From positions 28,168-92,167 of the forward strand of contig JACQFQ010000011.1 in NCBI GenBank assembly GCA_016199985.1: a stretch of DNA of 64,000 bases, in the 5' to 3' direction. Of this stretch, positions 52,233-62,429 are shown piece after piece; positions within the stretch are counted from its first letter, which is position 1, and the number at the start of each line of letters is the position of its first letter. The position numbers were made by a program, and so were the translations under genes. The notes under the pieces are model-generated. The model did not search any database. It was not told the DNA's origin and was given only the letters and a program-made list of their open reading frames with translations. Source of the stretch: Verrucomicrobiota bacterium. GTDB lineage: Bacteria; Verrucomicrobiota; Verrucomicrobiia; Limisphaerales; UBA11320.

Positions 52233-55076
52233 TCAGGGGAGGGTTCTCGCTCTCAGAAAATCCCGCGAGGCGGCGAGCGGGATCGTGTTCGTGATGGGAG
52301 ATCCCGCCGTCGAAACCGCGTTGGTCGCGAACGCATCCCAGTGGATCATGTTCGAGGAGCGCTCCAGCGCGTATCGGAGTCCGCTTCGGCCGGTCATCAC
52401 GAGCGCGCCCGATCCGCTCTTGGGATCGACGGACGCCAGATCGAGCTCAGCGGCCCGGCTGTGCAGGCGGAACTGGTCAATGAGCTGGTTGTTCACGCTG
52501 AAGGCGCGCCAGTCGAGCCGCGCGCCGTCCACCTCCATGAGATCGAAATGGGTGTCCGTGTACTCGGACTGAAACATGGGCCATGTCGCCACGCGCTCGG
52601 TGTCCACGACGCCTCCTCCTCCTCCGCTGACCACGTAGGTGACCCCGTTCGTGGCGCCCCGGCAATAGGCGTGCGTATGGCCGCTGACGACGATATCGAC
52701 GTCGCTCTGCGCCAGGAGCGGCGTCCAGAGATCGCGCACCCAGGTCTCGCCGGTGTAACCGCCGCCATTCCAGAAATCCGTCCACGGCGGGCGATGGAAG
52801 CAAACAATTCGGAACGCGGCGGCGCGCGCCTCGGGGCGTTGGAGCTCTTTTTTCAACCAAGCGAACTGCTCTGGGACCGCCGAGGAATCCGCCTCGGTGT
52901 CGAGGAACAGAAACCAGGAGTTGCCGTAGGAGAAGCTGTACCACGCGCCGTTGCCGGGCAGAACGCTGTAGGCGTAAGCGAGCGCGTGTTCGCCGTCGTG
53001 ATTGCCTCGGGCGAAGAGCACGGGCGTGGTTTGCGCGGCGTTCATATGTTCCAGCGGCTTGAACCAATAGTCATTCCACTCGCTGGCGGAGGAGCCGCTG
53101 TTCACCATGTCGCCGGCGACGCAAATCATGTTTGGAGCGTGGCTGAGGATATTCGACACATGAGTGCGGAGCGTGGTCGTGCCGTCGTGGTTGTCCCCCC
53201 ACCACGCGACCGCGAACGGCGACTCCGCCTTCGGAGCGGTCGAGAACGAGTAGGGCGGCGTGGAGCTCTCGCCGCTGATCACCCGGTAGACGTAGCGGGT
53301 CTCCGGCGAGAGGCCGGTCAAGGTCCCTTGATGAACAAAGTGGGTGTCGTCGATCTGCAGCGTCGCGATTCGAGTCTCGCTGTTCTCGCTCGTGTCGACG
53401 CGGCCCCAGGCGATCCGATGAGAAGCCACGTTGCCATCGGTCTCCCAGATCATGGTCATCGCGTTCTGGCGGTAATCCTGGAGCATGGGCAGCTTGGAGA
53501 TTGTAACGGCGCGCGGGGTCGTCGTCGGCCGGGTCAGCTTCAGGATGAGATCATCCGCCATGCTGTCGTTGTCCGGATCCACGCGATGCTTTCCCACCAC
53601 CTCGAGGCTGAGGCGGCGCGTTCCTCCGGGGAGCAGCCCGCCCATGAACTGATGGCTCCAGGCGCCGGTGACCGGCAGCAGGCTTCTCAGTGACGAGAGC
53701 TCCGCGTCCTGGGCGTCGAGGTATCGGAGGCGCATGAACACCTGGTCGTCAAACGTGCCGGCCTCGTACTTGTTCCGCAGCCATCCGTCGACCTGCGCCA
53801 CCGAGAGATCATCCATGTCGGCGGGGCTGAATCCGGCGGCGGCCAGGTCCACAACCTGGCTGACGACGCTCTCCTCAGCCGTCGTCGCCTTGCCGCCGTG
53901 GAGGAACAGCTTCCCGGAATGAGGGCTGCCTTTGCCTTGCGTGGCGAGCAGGGTGATGGGGTTGCCGGCCACGGTGGTCCAGTGGTTGAGGGCTTCCTCG
54001 AAGCCGCCGTTCAGCTGCAGAGCGACGCCATAGTTCGTGTTCAGGGCGACGCTCCCTTGGATCGTGAAATCCGAGGCGCAGACCGAGAAGAGGTTTGTGT
54101 CCGCGAGCGATGTCACGCGGATCCGATAGTCGGCGCCGTCGCCCAGGTAGCGATCCACCCGCCAGACGAATGAGTTGGAGCGAATGGAGGTCGTTCCGAG
54201 CGCGCTTTTGAGTTTTCCCGATTTCCACAACTCGATCTTCGCGGATCCGATGGGATGCTCCACCGACCAGGTCACGTCGCTCGTTTGTCCTGCCGTGAAC
54301 GTCTCGCCGCCCTTCGGGAACGTCAGCGCGAGCGAGGTGGGGGCGGGGATGGGAATGCCCGCCGCCGTCGCGGGGCCCAGCGCATTGACCTCCTCGGGAG
54401 ACATGGCTTCGCCGCGGATCTGCAGGCTGTTGATGACGACGGTTCCGTTCTCCTTGTTGTTGTCCAAAAAAAGAATCGCCGTCGTGGGAAGGGCGTAGCG
54501 ACCGTCGAGGGCGATGCCCTGCGTTGTTTGCTGAGCCAGCGCGCCGTCGACATAGATCCACAAGCCGGGGCGAGCCGCGTCCACGACCCACGCCAGACGA
54601 TGCCATTCCCCCCAGCCGATCTTTCCGCCGAAAGCGCCCTTGAGTCCGATTTCTCCCTCGCTGTTGAGGAACCACTCAGCGTCGTCGCTGCTCGTCGTGC
54701 TGGGGTGCAGCAGCGCAATGAGGCCGGCGGGCTTGTCCGGAAACATGACGTCGAGGATGATGCTGTATTGGTTTACGAGTAGGCCGCCTCCGTTGGGATC
54801 GAGCCGGTGATTGGCCCTGAGCAGCGAGCCGCGGGTCAGGAGGGCGGCCTGGGCGGGTTGCCCCGCGATGACGACATTGGTGTAAGCGATTCCGGCCTTC
54901 AGAGCGGGGGCAACGTAAGTGACGTTTACGGAAACGCCGCCGACGGTTGCCGAGCTGTTCCCATTGAAATCCCACTGGGAAGCGATGGGAGCGACCGCGG
55001 CGCAAGGGGTTCCGGACGCCATCCAGATCCATAGACAGCAGGCCAGAGGGACGAACGCGGAGACTCGAAAGCGCAT
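52233..55076 (-). CDS. Large secreted multidomain metallophosphoesterase (LamG-like N-terminus, purple-acid-phosphatase-like C-terminus)
   Basis: Signal peptide, then a LamG/concanavalin-like region. Calcineurin-like motifs appear in order: WWGDNHDG, VAGDMVNSG, FARGNHDGEH, VCFHRPPW, VVSGHTHAYCRG. Confidence 0.85.
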   Translation of the reverse strand: MRFRVSAFVPLACCLWIWMASGTPCAAVAPIASQWDFNGNSSATVGGVSVNVTYVAPALKAGIAYTNVVIAGQPAQAALLTRGSLLRANHRLDPNGGGLLVNQYSIILDVMFPDKPAGLIALLHPSTTSSDDAEWFLNSEGEIGLKGAFGGKIGWGEWHRLAWVVDAARPGLWIYVDGALAQQTTQGIALDGRYALPTTAILFLDNNKENGTVVINSLQIRGEAMSPEEVNALGPATAAGIPIPAPTSLALTFPKGGETFTAGQTSDVTWSVEHPIGSAKIELWKSGKLKSALGTTSIRSNSFVWRVDRYLGDGADYRIRVTSLADTNLFSVCASDFTIQGSVALNTNYGVALQLNGGFEEALNHWTTVAGNPITLLATQGKGSPHSGKLFLHGGKATTAEESVVSQVVDLAAAGFSPADMDDLSVAQVDGWLRNKYEAGTFDDQVFMRLRYLDAQDAELSSLRSLLPVTGAWSHQFMGGLLPGGTRRLSLEVVGKHRVDPDNDSMADDLILKLTRPTTTPRAVTISKLPMLQDYRQNAMTMIWETDGNVASHRIAWGRVDTSENSETRIATLQIDDTHFVHQGTLTGLSPETRYVYRVISGESSTPPYSFSTAPKAESPFAVAWWGDNHDGTTTLRTHVSNILSHAPNMICVAGDMVNSGSSASEWNDYWFKPLEHMNAAQTTPVLFARGNHDGEHALAYAYSVLPGNGAWYSFSYGNSWFLFLDTEADSSAVPEQFAWLKKELQRPEARAAAFRIVCFHRPPWTDFWNGGGYTGETWVRDLWTPLLAQSDVDIVVSGHTHAYCRGATNGVTYVVSGGGGGVVDTERVATWPMFQSEYTDTHFDLMEVDGARLDWRAFSVNNQLIDQFRLHSRAAELDLASVDPKSGSGALVMTGRSGLRYALERSSNMIHWDAFATNAVSTAGSPITNTIPLAASRDFLRARTLP

Positions 55077-55217
55077 GGCTTCTCATAGCACAACTCAGGG
55101 CATTCTCCTACTGTGAAAGCTTATCTTTATCAGGAGCGGGGAGTTGCGCGCAGAGCCGCCAAACGAAAGCTGGACACGGATCGGGGGGCCCCGTTGAATC
55201 CTGCCTTTTCTGATCTC

Positions 55218-57566
55218 ATGAACGCAACCTGTCGTCGGCTCAATCTTCGTTTCTCGATCCTCTGCCTTGTCGTTGGCGTCGGCCTGCCGTCGGTCTCCTC
55301 GGCGCAGGAGTTCCGCTCGGAAACCCGTGATCAGGGGCCGGTGTATCTGGGAACCGTGATGAATCGCTCCTGGCCCGCGAACTCCACCATGAAGGGCATC
55401 GTGGTGAAGCTCGGGGACAACGACAATGACTACGTGGCCTACGACGAAGATCTGTTGCGCGTGTCGTTGCTGTGGACCGGCGCGTTCCTCAATTTTCCCA
55501 ACCGCGCCCGTGAACGCATCGAGCATCCGCAGCCCGCGGATGTCGCCGGTATCGCGCGGTTCGGAACGCGGCCCGATCCCGGTTGGGCGCCGCGGGGTAA
55601 CACGACCGATCCTCGCGAGGGTCGTCAGGGGCCGCTCCCGAGGAAGTGGGCTCACTATCGAGGGCTCTATCTGAACGGCAATCGGGTCGTCCTGAGCTAC
55701 GACGTAGGCGCGGCCGCAGTCCTGGAGCTGCCTGAGCTGGAAGCGACGGGGGATGTCCGCGTCTTCACGCGGACCATTCAGATCGGACCCACGAGCGAGC
55801 CTCTGGATCTCCTGGTGGCCTCGGGGGAAGCCGCGACGCCCGCCGCGACAGGGTTCTCGGATCCGCGCGGAGAGCAGCCTGAGCCCGCGGTCGCGGGCTC
55901 GTCGGGATCCGCGTCCGCGTCGCAAAAGGCCGCGGTGCTCTATTCCTCCGGCGATGAGCTCACCGCTGTTCAACTCACGGCTGGCCCCGCCCAGGCTCAA
56001 TGGTCCCTCCAACCCGGGAATCGGATTGTGCTGCAGCTTCCGGCGCTCGCCGCTTCCACGACGCTCAAGCTGGTCCACTGGACCGGCGCCAGGGCGAGCT
56101 GGAAGAGCTTCCAGAAAGCGGCGGGGGCTTGGTCCGCGCCCGCCGATCTGTCGAAGCTGACGCACGGCGGTCCTGCGCGATGGACGGTTCCTGTTGTAGT
56201 GAAGGGGACGCCCGGCCGCAACGCGGGTCCTTACCAGGTGGACGTGATCGCCGAGCCGCTTCCGAATCCGTGGAACACGAAGACCTTCCTCAGCGCTCTC
56301 GATTTCTTTCCCGACGGCCGCGCCGCGGTGTCCACGTTCCACGGGGATGTGTGGGTGGTCAGCGGCCTGGACGCCGGCCTTCAGGGCGTCTCGTGGAAGC
56401 GGATCGCCAGCGGTCTCTTCCAGCCGCTCGGCCTAAAGATCGTCGCCGGCAGGATCTACGTCACGTGTCGCGACGGATTGGTGCGGCTGCAGGACCTGAA
56501 TGGCGACGGCGAAGCGGACTTCTACGAGAACTTCAACAACGACACCACCGTCACCCCCAACTACCACGAATTCTGCCTCGATCTCGACACCGATTCCGCC
56601 GGGAACTTCTATTACGCCAAAGGCGCGCCGTGGCCGCCTACGGTGACCTCTCCTCATCAAGGCGTCGCGATGAAGGTGAGCCCCGATGGCGCCCAACTTG
56701 AGATCGTGGCGACGGGGCTTCGGGCGCCGAACGGCTTGGCCGTCGGACCGCACAACGAGATTTCCTTCAGCGACAACGAAGGCCATTTCATTCCCACCAG
56801 CAAGATCAGTTACATTCAACCCGGCAACCTTTTCTATGGAATGACCCCCGCCGCGCACAGGCCCTCGCCTCCGAGCGATTTTGAGCCGCCGATTTGCTGG
56901 CTGCCCAAGGGCATCGACAACTCCAGCGGCGGGCAGGTGTGGGTGAACAGCGATCGTTGGGGGCCTCTCAAGGGCTCGATGCTCTTCCTGTCCTACGGCA
57001 AGGCCTCTCTCTTCAGCGTGCTTCAGGAGAAGGTCAACGGACGCGTCCAGGGCGGCGTTGTGCCCTTTCCGTTCCGGTTTCCCACCGGCGTGATGCGGGC
57101 GCGGTTCAGCCCGTTGGATGGCCAGCTTTATCTGACAGGTCTTCGCGGGTGGCAGACCGCCGGCGTGCGGGACGGCGGGTTTTTCAGGGTGCGTTACGTG
57201 GACCAGCCGGCCTACTGGCCCGTGGGCTTTCACGCTCGCAAGGACGGCATCGAGCTGACGTTCAGCTCGGCGCTCACCTCGGACAGCCTGAAGGATCCGG
57301 CGAACTGGGGCCTGGAGCAATGGAACTACATTTGGTCCGCGAACTACGGATCACCAGAAGTCAGCACCACGGATTCGCGAGTGAAGGCTCACGAGACTGT
57401 GGAGCTTTCGGGCGTGGAGGTGTCGGACGAGGGGCGGAAGGTGTTTCTCAAGATTCCCCAGATCAAGCCCGTGATGCAGATGAAGATTCGGATGAAGGCC
57501 GAGGCGGCGGACAAGTCGCAGGTGGTGCGCGAGATCTATCTGACGCTGCACAATCTCGGCTCGTAG
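55218..57566 (+). CDS. Secreted beta-propeller protein (glucose/sorbosone-dehydrogenase-like fold, PVC 'membrane-bound dehydrogenase domain' type)
   Basis: Signal peptide MNATCRRLNLRFSILCLVVGVGLPSVSSAQ. Propeller-like segments include RDGLVRLQDLNGDGEADFYE, NFYYAKG and LRAPNGLAVGPHNEISFSDNEG. I saw no CxxCH heme motif. Confidence 0.5.
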   Translation: MNATCRRLNLRFSILCLVVGVGLPSVSSAQEFRSETRDQGPVYLGTVMNRSWPANSTMKGIVVKLGDNDNDYVAYDEDLLRVSLLWTGAFLNFPNRARERIEHPQPADVAGIARFGTRPDPGWAPRGNTTDPREGRQGPLPRKWAHYRGLYLNGNRVVLSYDVGAAAVLELPELEATGDVRVFTRTIQIGPTSEPLDLLVASGEAATPAATGFSDPRGEQPEPAVAGSSGSASASQKAAVLYSSGDELTAVQLTAGPAQAQWSLQPGNRIVLQLPALAASTTLKLVHWTGARASWKSFQKAAGAWSAPADLSKLTHGGPARWTVPVVVKGTPGRNAGPYQVDVIAEPLPNPWNTKTFLSALDFFPDGRAAVSTFHGDVWVVSGLDAGLQGVSWKRIASGLFQPLGLKIVAGRIYVTCRDGLVRLQDLNGDGEADFYENFNNDTTVTPNYHEFCLDLDTDSAGNFYYAKGAPWPPTVTSPHQGVAMKVSPDGAQLEIVATGLRAPNGLAVGPHNEISFSDNEGHFIPTSKISYIQPGNLFYGMTPAAHRPSPPSDFEPPICWLPKGIDNSSGGQVWVNSDRWGPLKGSMLFLSYGKASLFSVLQEKVNGRVQGGVVPFPFRFPTGVMRARFSPLDGQLYLTGLRGWQTAGVRDGGFFRVRYVDQPAYWPVGFHARKDGIELTFSSALTSDSLKDPANWGLEQWNYIWSANYGSPEVSTTDSRVKAHETVELSGVEVSDEGRKVFLKIPQIKPVMQMKIRMKAEAADKSQVVREIYLTLHNLGS

Positions 57567-57594
57567 CCGCTCCCCCGACAGCCGCTCCGGGAAT

Positions 57595-58464
57595 CTATTT
57601 CTTGGGCGCGTGCCATTTGCGGGATTGGGCGTAAAGAATCGACGCCGCCATCAGGGGCTGACGACCTGAGCCATCCTGGTCATGGAAGCACTGGCAAGCC
57701 GCCAGCACGCGCCCGCTGCCGTGGCTGTATTCAGCGAAGGTGGGTCGGTTCTCGTCCGGCTGATCATCGACCGCGAACTCGCTCGCGAGGATCATCGCCG
57801 ATTCGGGAAGCCCTTCAAGATACCCGTGGCTCGCGAAGTTGGCGTGGATCTTCGCATGGGGAAACACGCTGAGCGCCGGGTGATCCGGGATGAGAACCGC
57901 GTTGTCGATCGCTCCGTGCTTCTTCATCTTGACGCCGCCGGGCAGCGCGACGTCCGAGTCTTCCGCCCCATTCAGCTCGAGCAGCAGGACGCCGCCGCCT
58001 TTCACATAGTCGTCGAATCGTCCCTGGTTGCTCGCGTAGTCCGCGTAGAAATTCTGCGACCACTGAGCCCCGGGAATGATGATCAACCGTTTTCCGTTCA
58101 ACTCGGTGCTGGAGATGGCGATGGAAGGCCTTACTTCGAACTTCACCTTGAGCTCTCCCAAGGCCTCCTCGAAGTCAAACTTTCGCCTCCAGGATCGCGT
58201 GTTTCGGAAGATCAGCACCCGGTTGTTCTCCCCTTTCGTCGCCGCCACGTTGTCAGACGGCTCGGGCTTTGACGCGGCCTTTGACGCTGGCGTCGGCTCA
58301 GCCGCGGCGATGGGTTCCGCGGCCGCCGTCGTGGGCGTCGGAGGCGTGGATCGGGCGGCTTCGGGCTCCGTCAAAGCCGGCTTGCAGGCGGTGAGGCTCG
58401 CGGCCATCCAAATCGCCGAGAGCAGCATCGCGCACTTTCCTGTCGATTGTGGGAAACGAGGCAT
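57595..58464 (-). CDS. Predicted lipoprotein (hypothetical), downstream of polA
   Basis: Signal plus lipobox MLLSAIWMAASLTAC, then a Pro/Ala/Thr-rich linker and a globular ~200-aa domain of unknown family. Confidence 0.6.
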   Translation of the reverse strand: MPRFPQSTGKCAMLLSAIWMAASLTACKPALTEPEAARSTPPTPTTAAAEPIAAAEPTPASKAASKPEPSDNVAATKGENNRVLIFRNTRSWRRKFDFEEALGELKVKFEVRPSIAISSTELNGKRLIIIPGAQWSQNFYADYASNQGRFDDYVKGGGVLLLELNGAEDSDVALPGGVKMKKHGAIDNAVLIPDHPALSVFPHAKIHANFASHGYLEGLPESAMILASEFAVDDQPDENRPTFAEYSHGSGRVLAACQCFHDQDGSGRQPLMAASILYAQSRKWHAPKK

Positions 58465-58593
58465 ATGCCCTCTTAGGACACGGTCGATCCGGGAAGGTTA
58501 CAGACCATTTGCCTGGTGGAAATCCTCTGGCGGCCCGGCTGTCATCCGTCCGGACGGAGCCCCGCGCGCTCGACTTCCGGCCGCCGCCGCCTC

Positions 58594-61455
58594 TCAATGC
58601 GCCTCCAGCCAATCGGCGCCCACACCGACCTCGACTTCGATCGGGACGGGCAGGGGCAGGGCATGTGTCATCTCGTGGACGACCATGGCTTTGGCCTCCT
58701 GTGTTTCCGCGGGATCGAGGTCGAACAGGAGCTCATCGTGGATCTGCAGCAGCATTCGCGTGCGCAGTTTCCGGAGGCGGAGCTCGGCGTCGATCCGCAC
58801 CATCGCGACCTTGATCATGTCCGCCGCCGTGCCCTGGATCGGCATGTTGATGGCGTTCCGCTCCGCCGATGAGCGCACGGCCGCGTTCGCCGATCGGATG
58901 TCCGGCAGGTAGCGACGGCGTCCGAGCACGGTTTGGACATAACCGTGCGCCCGGGCGAACTCCAGAGTGGCGTCCATGTAGCGTTTGATCCCGCTGTACT
59001 GCCTGAAGTAGTTCTCGATGATCTCCGCCGCCTCTCCGCGAGGAATGCCGAGGCGTTGCGAGAGCCCGAAGGCCGAGATGCCGTAGGCGATGCCAAAGTT
59101 CACCATCTTCGCGTTGCGTCGCATCTCGTCCGAAACCAGCGCGGGCATCACGCCATAGACGCGCGCCGCGGTGGCTGTGTGGATGTCGAGGCCGCTGGCG
59201 AACGCCTCCAGCATGCCGGGGTCCTGGCTCAGCGCCGCGATGATCCTGAGCTCGATCTGGGAGTAGTCCGCCGACATGAGCTGGAAGCCCGGCCTTCCCG
59301 GCACGAACGCTTTGCGGATCTCCTGCCCCAGTTCGGTTCGGATCGGGATGTTCTGAAGGTTGGGATCGTGCGAGCTCAGCCGACCCGTGACGGCGAGGCT
59401 CTGCTGATAGGTGGTGTGAACCCGCCCTGTCCTGGGGGCGATCATTCCCGGGAGAGCGTCGGCGTAGGTGCTTTTCAGCTTGGTGACTCCACGATGCTCG
59501 AGGATACGCCGCACGATCTCGTGCTTCGACGCGAGGTTCTGCAGCGTCTGCTCGTTCGTGGCGTATTGTCCCGTCTTGGTCTTCTTTGGTTTCTCGGCGA
59601 TCTGCAGCCGATCAAACAACACCTCGCCCAGCTGCTTCGGCGAATTCAGGTTGAAGGAGACGCCGGCGAGTTCCTGGATCCTCCGCTGCTGCTCCTCAAT
59701 CTGCGCCGTGAGGAGCCGGGAGAAATCGGAGAGCGCTTTCGCGTCCACTTGGATTCCCTCCTTCTCCATCCGGGCGAGCACTGGAATCAGCGGGGTTTCC
59801 ACCTCGTGGAAGAGCCGCTCCTGGCCTTTTTCGTTGAGCCTCGGGCCGAGGAGCTCGCGAAGCTGCCAGGTGACGTCCGCGTCCTCCGTCGCGTAGGCCG
59901 CGATCTGCGGCAGAGGCGCGTCGGCCATGTTTCCCTTGCCGTCCTCGCCAATCAGTTTGCTGATAGGGATGGGCGAGTAGCCCAGGTGGCGTTCGGCCAG
60001 GTAGTCCATCCCATGACGCATCTCCGGTTCGATGAGCGCGTGCGCGATCATGGTGTCGAAGAGCGGGCCTCGCACCTCCACGTCGTGCCAGAGGAGGATG
60101 GAGACATCGAACTTCAGGTTATGACCGACCTTCTCGATCCGCTCATCCGCGAGTACCGGGGCGAATTCCCGGATGACCGCGCGGGCCTCGTCGGGATCCG
60201 CCGGGACGGGGACATACCATCCCGTTCGCGCCTCCCAGGAGAAGGCGATGCCCACGAGGCGGGCGTCCTTGGGATCCAGGCCCGTGGTTTCGGTGTCGAA
60301 GCAGAACGATCGCCGCGACTGAAGCTGACGGATCAGCTCGGCGCGCCGTTCGGGGGTGTCCGCGATTTCATAGAGATGCGGCGTCTGGTCCAGGGTGAGG
60401 TAACCGGAAGCGGCCGGCGGCGACTCGGCGGGCGTCGTGTCCGGCGCGGCCTGTTCAGGCTCCGGCGCCGGCGCCGGAAACAGATTCAGCTCGTCGCCGG
60501 CGCTGGCTCTTGGCGCCTTTCGCGACGCGGGCGTCGTCGTCGCTCCGGCGACCGGCGCCGATCCTGAGGGTCCAAGCTTCCAGGCGTCTCCCAGCAGCCG
60601 CTTGCCGAGCGAGTTGAACTCGAACTCTGTGCAGAAGTCGTGGAGCGCCGCGACGTCCGGCTCGGCTCTCACGAGCGAATCCACATCGGTGTTCAGTGGA
60701 ACGTCCAGCTGGATGGTTGCCAGCCTCCGGCACAGCCGCGCTTGCTCGATATTCGCCTCGAGACTTTCCTTCAGCTTGCCCTTCAACTCCCCCGCGTGGG
60801 CGATCAGGTTTTCCAGGTTGTCGTACTGCAGGATCAGCTTGGACGCCGTTTTTTCTCCGAAGCCGGGCACCCCTGGGATGTTGTCGGAGGCATCGCCCCA
60901 AAGCGCGAGAACATCGATGACCTGGTCGGTCCGTTGAACGCCCCACTTGGCGAGCACTTCGGCGACTCCCTGGATGTCGGCGGGGTCCTTGCCGCGGCTG
61001 GGCTTGTAGAGCAGAGCGCGGTCGCCGACGAGCTGGCTGAAGTCCTTGTCCGGCGTCACCATGTATGAAACGAAGTCCTTGCCCTCCGCCTGTTTCACCA
61101 AGGTGCCGATGATGTCGTCCGCTTCGTAGCCGTCCAGCTTGAGCACGGGGATGCGGAGGGAGTCGCAGAGGCGTCCGAGATTCGGCAGCGCCACCTCGAG
61201 ATCCTCGGGCATGGCTTCGCGCTGGGCCTTGTATTCGGGAAACTCGAGGTGACGCGCGGTGGGCGCGGGGGTGTCGAAGGCCACGGCGAGATGCGTGGGC
61301 TGCTCGCGCTCGATGAGATCAAGGACTGTCGACGCGAATCCGAACAACGCCGAGGTGTTGAGCCCGCGAGATGTCCGGATCGGCCGCTGAAGAAAGGCGA
61401 AATGCGCTCGGTACGCGAGCGCCATGCCATCCAGCAGGAAGAGCTTCTTCGACAT
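58594..61455 (-). CDS. polA: DNA polymerase I
   Basis: 5'-nuclease N-terminus LFLLDGMALAYRAHFA. 3'-5' exonuclease-like domain FDTETTGL. Polymerase motifs ADYSQIELRI, RRNAKMVNFGIAYG and QGTAADMIK. Confidence 0.97.
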   Translation of the reverse strand: MSKKLFLLDGMALAYRAHFAFLQRPIRTSRGLNTSALFGFASTVLDLIEREQPTHLAVAFDTPAPTARHLEFPEYKAQREAMPEDLEVALPNLGRLCDSLRIPVLKLDGYEADDIIGTLVKQAEGKDFVSYMVTPDKDFSQLVGDRALLYKPSRGKDPADIQGVAEVLAKWGVQRTDQVIDVLALWGDASDNIPGVPGFGEKTASKLILQYDNLENLIAHAGELKGKLKESLEANIEQARLCRRLATIQLDVPLNTDVDSLVRAEPDVAALHDFCTEFEFNSLGKRLLGDAWKLGPSGSAPVAGATTTPASRKAPRASAGDELNLFPAPAPEPEQAAPDTTPAESPPAASGYLTLDQTPHLYEIADTPERRAELIRQLQSRRSFCFDTETTGLDPKDARLVGIAFSWEARTGWYVPVPADPDEARAVIREFAPVLADERIEKVGHNLKFDVSILLWHDVEVRGPLFDTMIAHALIEPEMRHGMDYLAERHLGYSPIPISKLIGEDGKGNMADAPLPQIAAYATEDADVTWQLRELLGPRLNEKGQERLFHEVETPLIPVLARMEKEGIQVDAKALSDFSRLLTAQIEEQQRRIQELAGVSFNLNSPKQLGEVLFDRLQIAEKPKKTKTGQYATNEQTLQNLASKHEIVRRILEHRGVTKLKSTYADALPGMIAPRTGRVHTTYQQSLAVTGRLSSHDPNLQNIPIRTELGQEIRKAFVPGRPGFQLMSADYSQIELRIIAALSQDPGMLEAFASGLDIHTATAARVYGVMPALVSDEMRRNAKMVNFGIAYGISAFGLSQRLGIPRGEAAEIIENYFRQYSGIKRYMDATLEFARAHGYVQTVLGRRRYLPDIRSANAAVRSSAERNAINMPIQGTAADMIKVAMVRIDAELRLRKLRTRMLLQIHDELLFDLDPAETQEAKAMVVHEMTHALPLPVPIEVEVGVGADWLEAH

Positions 61456-61628
61456 GCGCGCGACGCTAGCAGTCCGCCGGATCTTTCCGCATCTCTAATC
61501 GTCAGGGTCCGTGAGCGCGGCCGGTCGGCCGGTCGTCGTCCGGACATCGCGACAGGGCGCCGCCCCCGCAACCGGCGCGCGGCGGGTCAGAGGGTCTGCC
61601 GGGTCGCGCAACTAAAAAATCAGTCGTT

Positions 61629-62384
61629 GTGGAAAGTTTTCCTGTTGGCTCCTGGATGTCGTGCCGATATAGCCAAAGAGCGATGCCCGGCCGGGCCGCC
61701 ATCAACGAAACGGCCTGGGTTTTTCGGATGCAAAAGCCTTTGCCAGTCACGTCTGAGCCGCAGATCACCCTGCTCGGGGAGCATCATCCGCTCGTTCAAC
61801 AGCTCGGATCGGTTGAAGGGCTTCACGAACTCGCGAGAGTCTCGCATCACCTGCGGGGCGCGCCCGTCACGGACTCCGCCAGCCTTCGCAGTTTTCTCCA
61901 CGCGTATCAGAGCCGCATCCTGATGCCGATCGAGCTCCATATCATCCACCAATCCTACCTGCACGCCGCGGGGCACAGGACGCAGGAGTTGATCGATCTC
62001 GACGAGCGGGTCGGGTCTGTTGAGGCTCTTCAGCAGTTTCTTCAATCGAGCCGCCGCGTCGGGCAGAACGAGCTTCGACGGCTGCGTCCCTTGCGCGATG
62101 TTCGCGTCCTTCAGCGGTATCTGGCCGCGGTGGATTCCGGCCACGCCGAAGGCTGGCACACCTGCGTGTTCGGGCTCACTCTCGCGATCTACTCCGTCCC
62201 GCTGCGCCAGGGTCTGCTCGGCTACGCCCAGCAAGTCATGCGGGGATTCATCCACATGGCCGGGACGCGATTCTCCATCAGCGCGGCGGAGATCGAGGAT
62301 CTGATGGAGGACCTGAACGCCGCGTTGCCCGCGGCGCTGGGCAGCCTGCTGTTTCTCGAGTGCCTCAACCGCCGGCCCCGCTGA
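61629..62384 (+). CDS. Hypothetical protein, weakly UreF-like
   Basis: Third-codon positions are strongly G/C-biased in this frame, whereas the overlapping minus-strand ORF 61620..62255 shows no recognisable domain. The helical protein resembles UreF only loosely around GWHTCVFGLTLAIYSVPLRQGLLGYAQQVMRGFI. Start is uncertain (61629 or ATG 61728). Confidence 0.4.
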   Translation: MESFPVGSWMSCRYSQRAMPGRAAINETAWVFRMQKPLPVTSEPQITLLGEHHPLVQQLGSVEGLHELARVSHHLRGAPVTDSASLRSFLHAYQSRILMPIELHIIHQSYLHAAGHRTQELIDLDERVGSVEALQQFLQSSRRVGQNELRRLRPLRDVRVLQRYLAAVDSGHAEGWHTCVFGLTLAIYSVPLRQGLLGYAQQVMRGFIHMAGTRFSISAAEIEDLMEDLNAALPAALGSLLFLECLNRRPR

Positions 62385-62429
62385 CGAAAGCGGCGGCGGC
62401 AGGCGGTTCCGCTCGCTCCTCGCTCGCTC

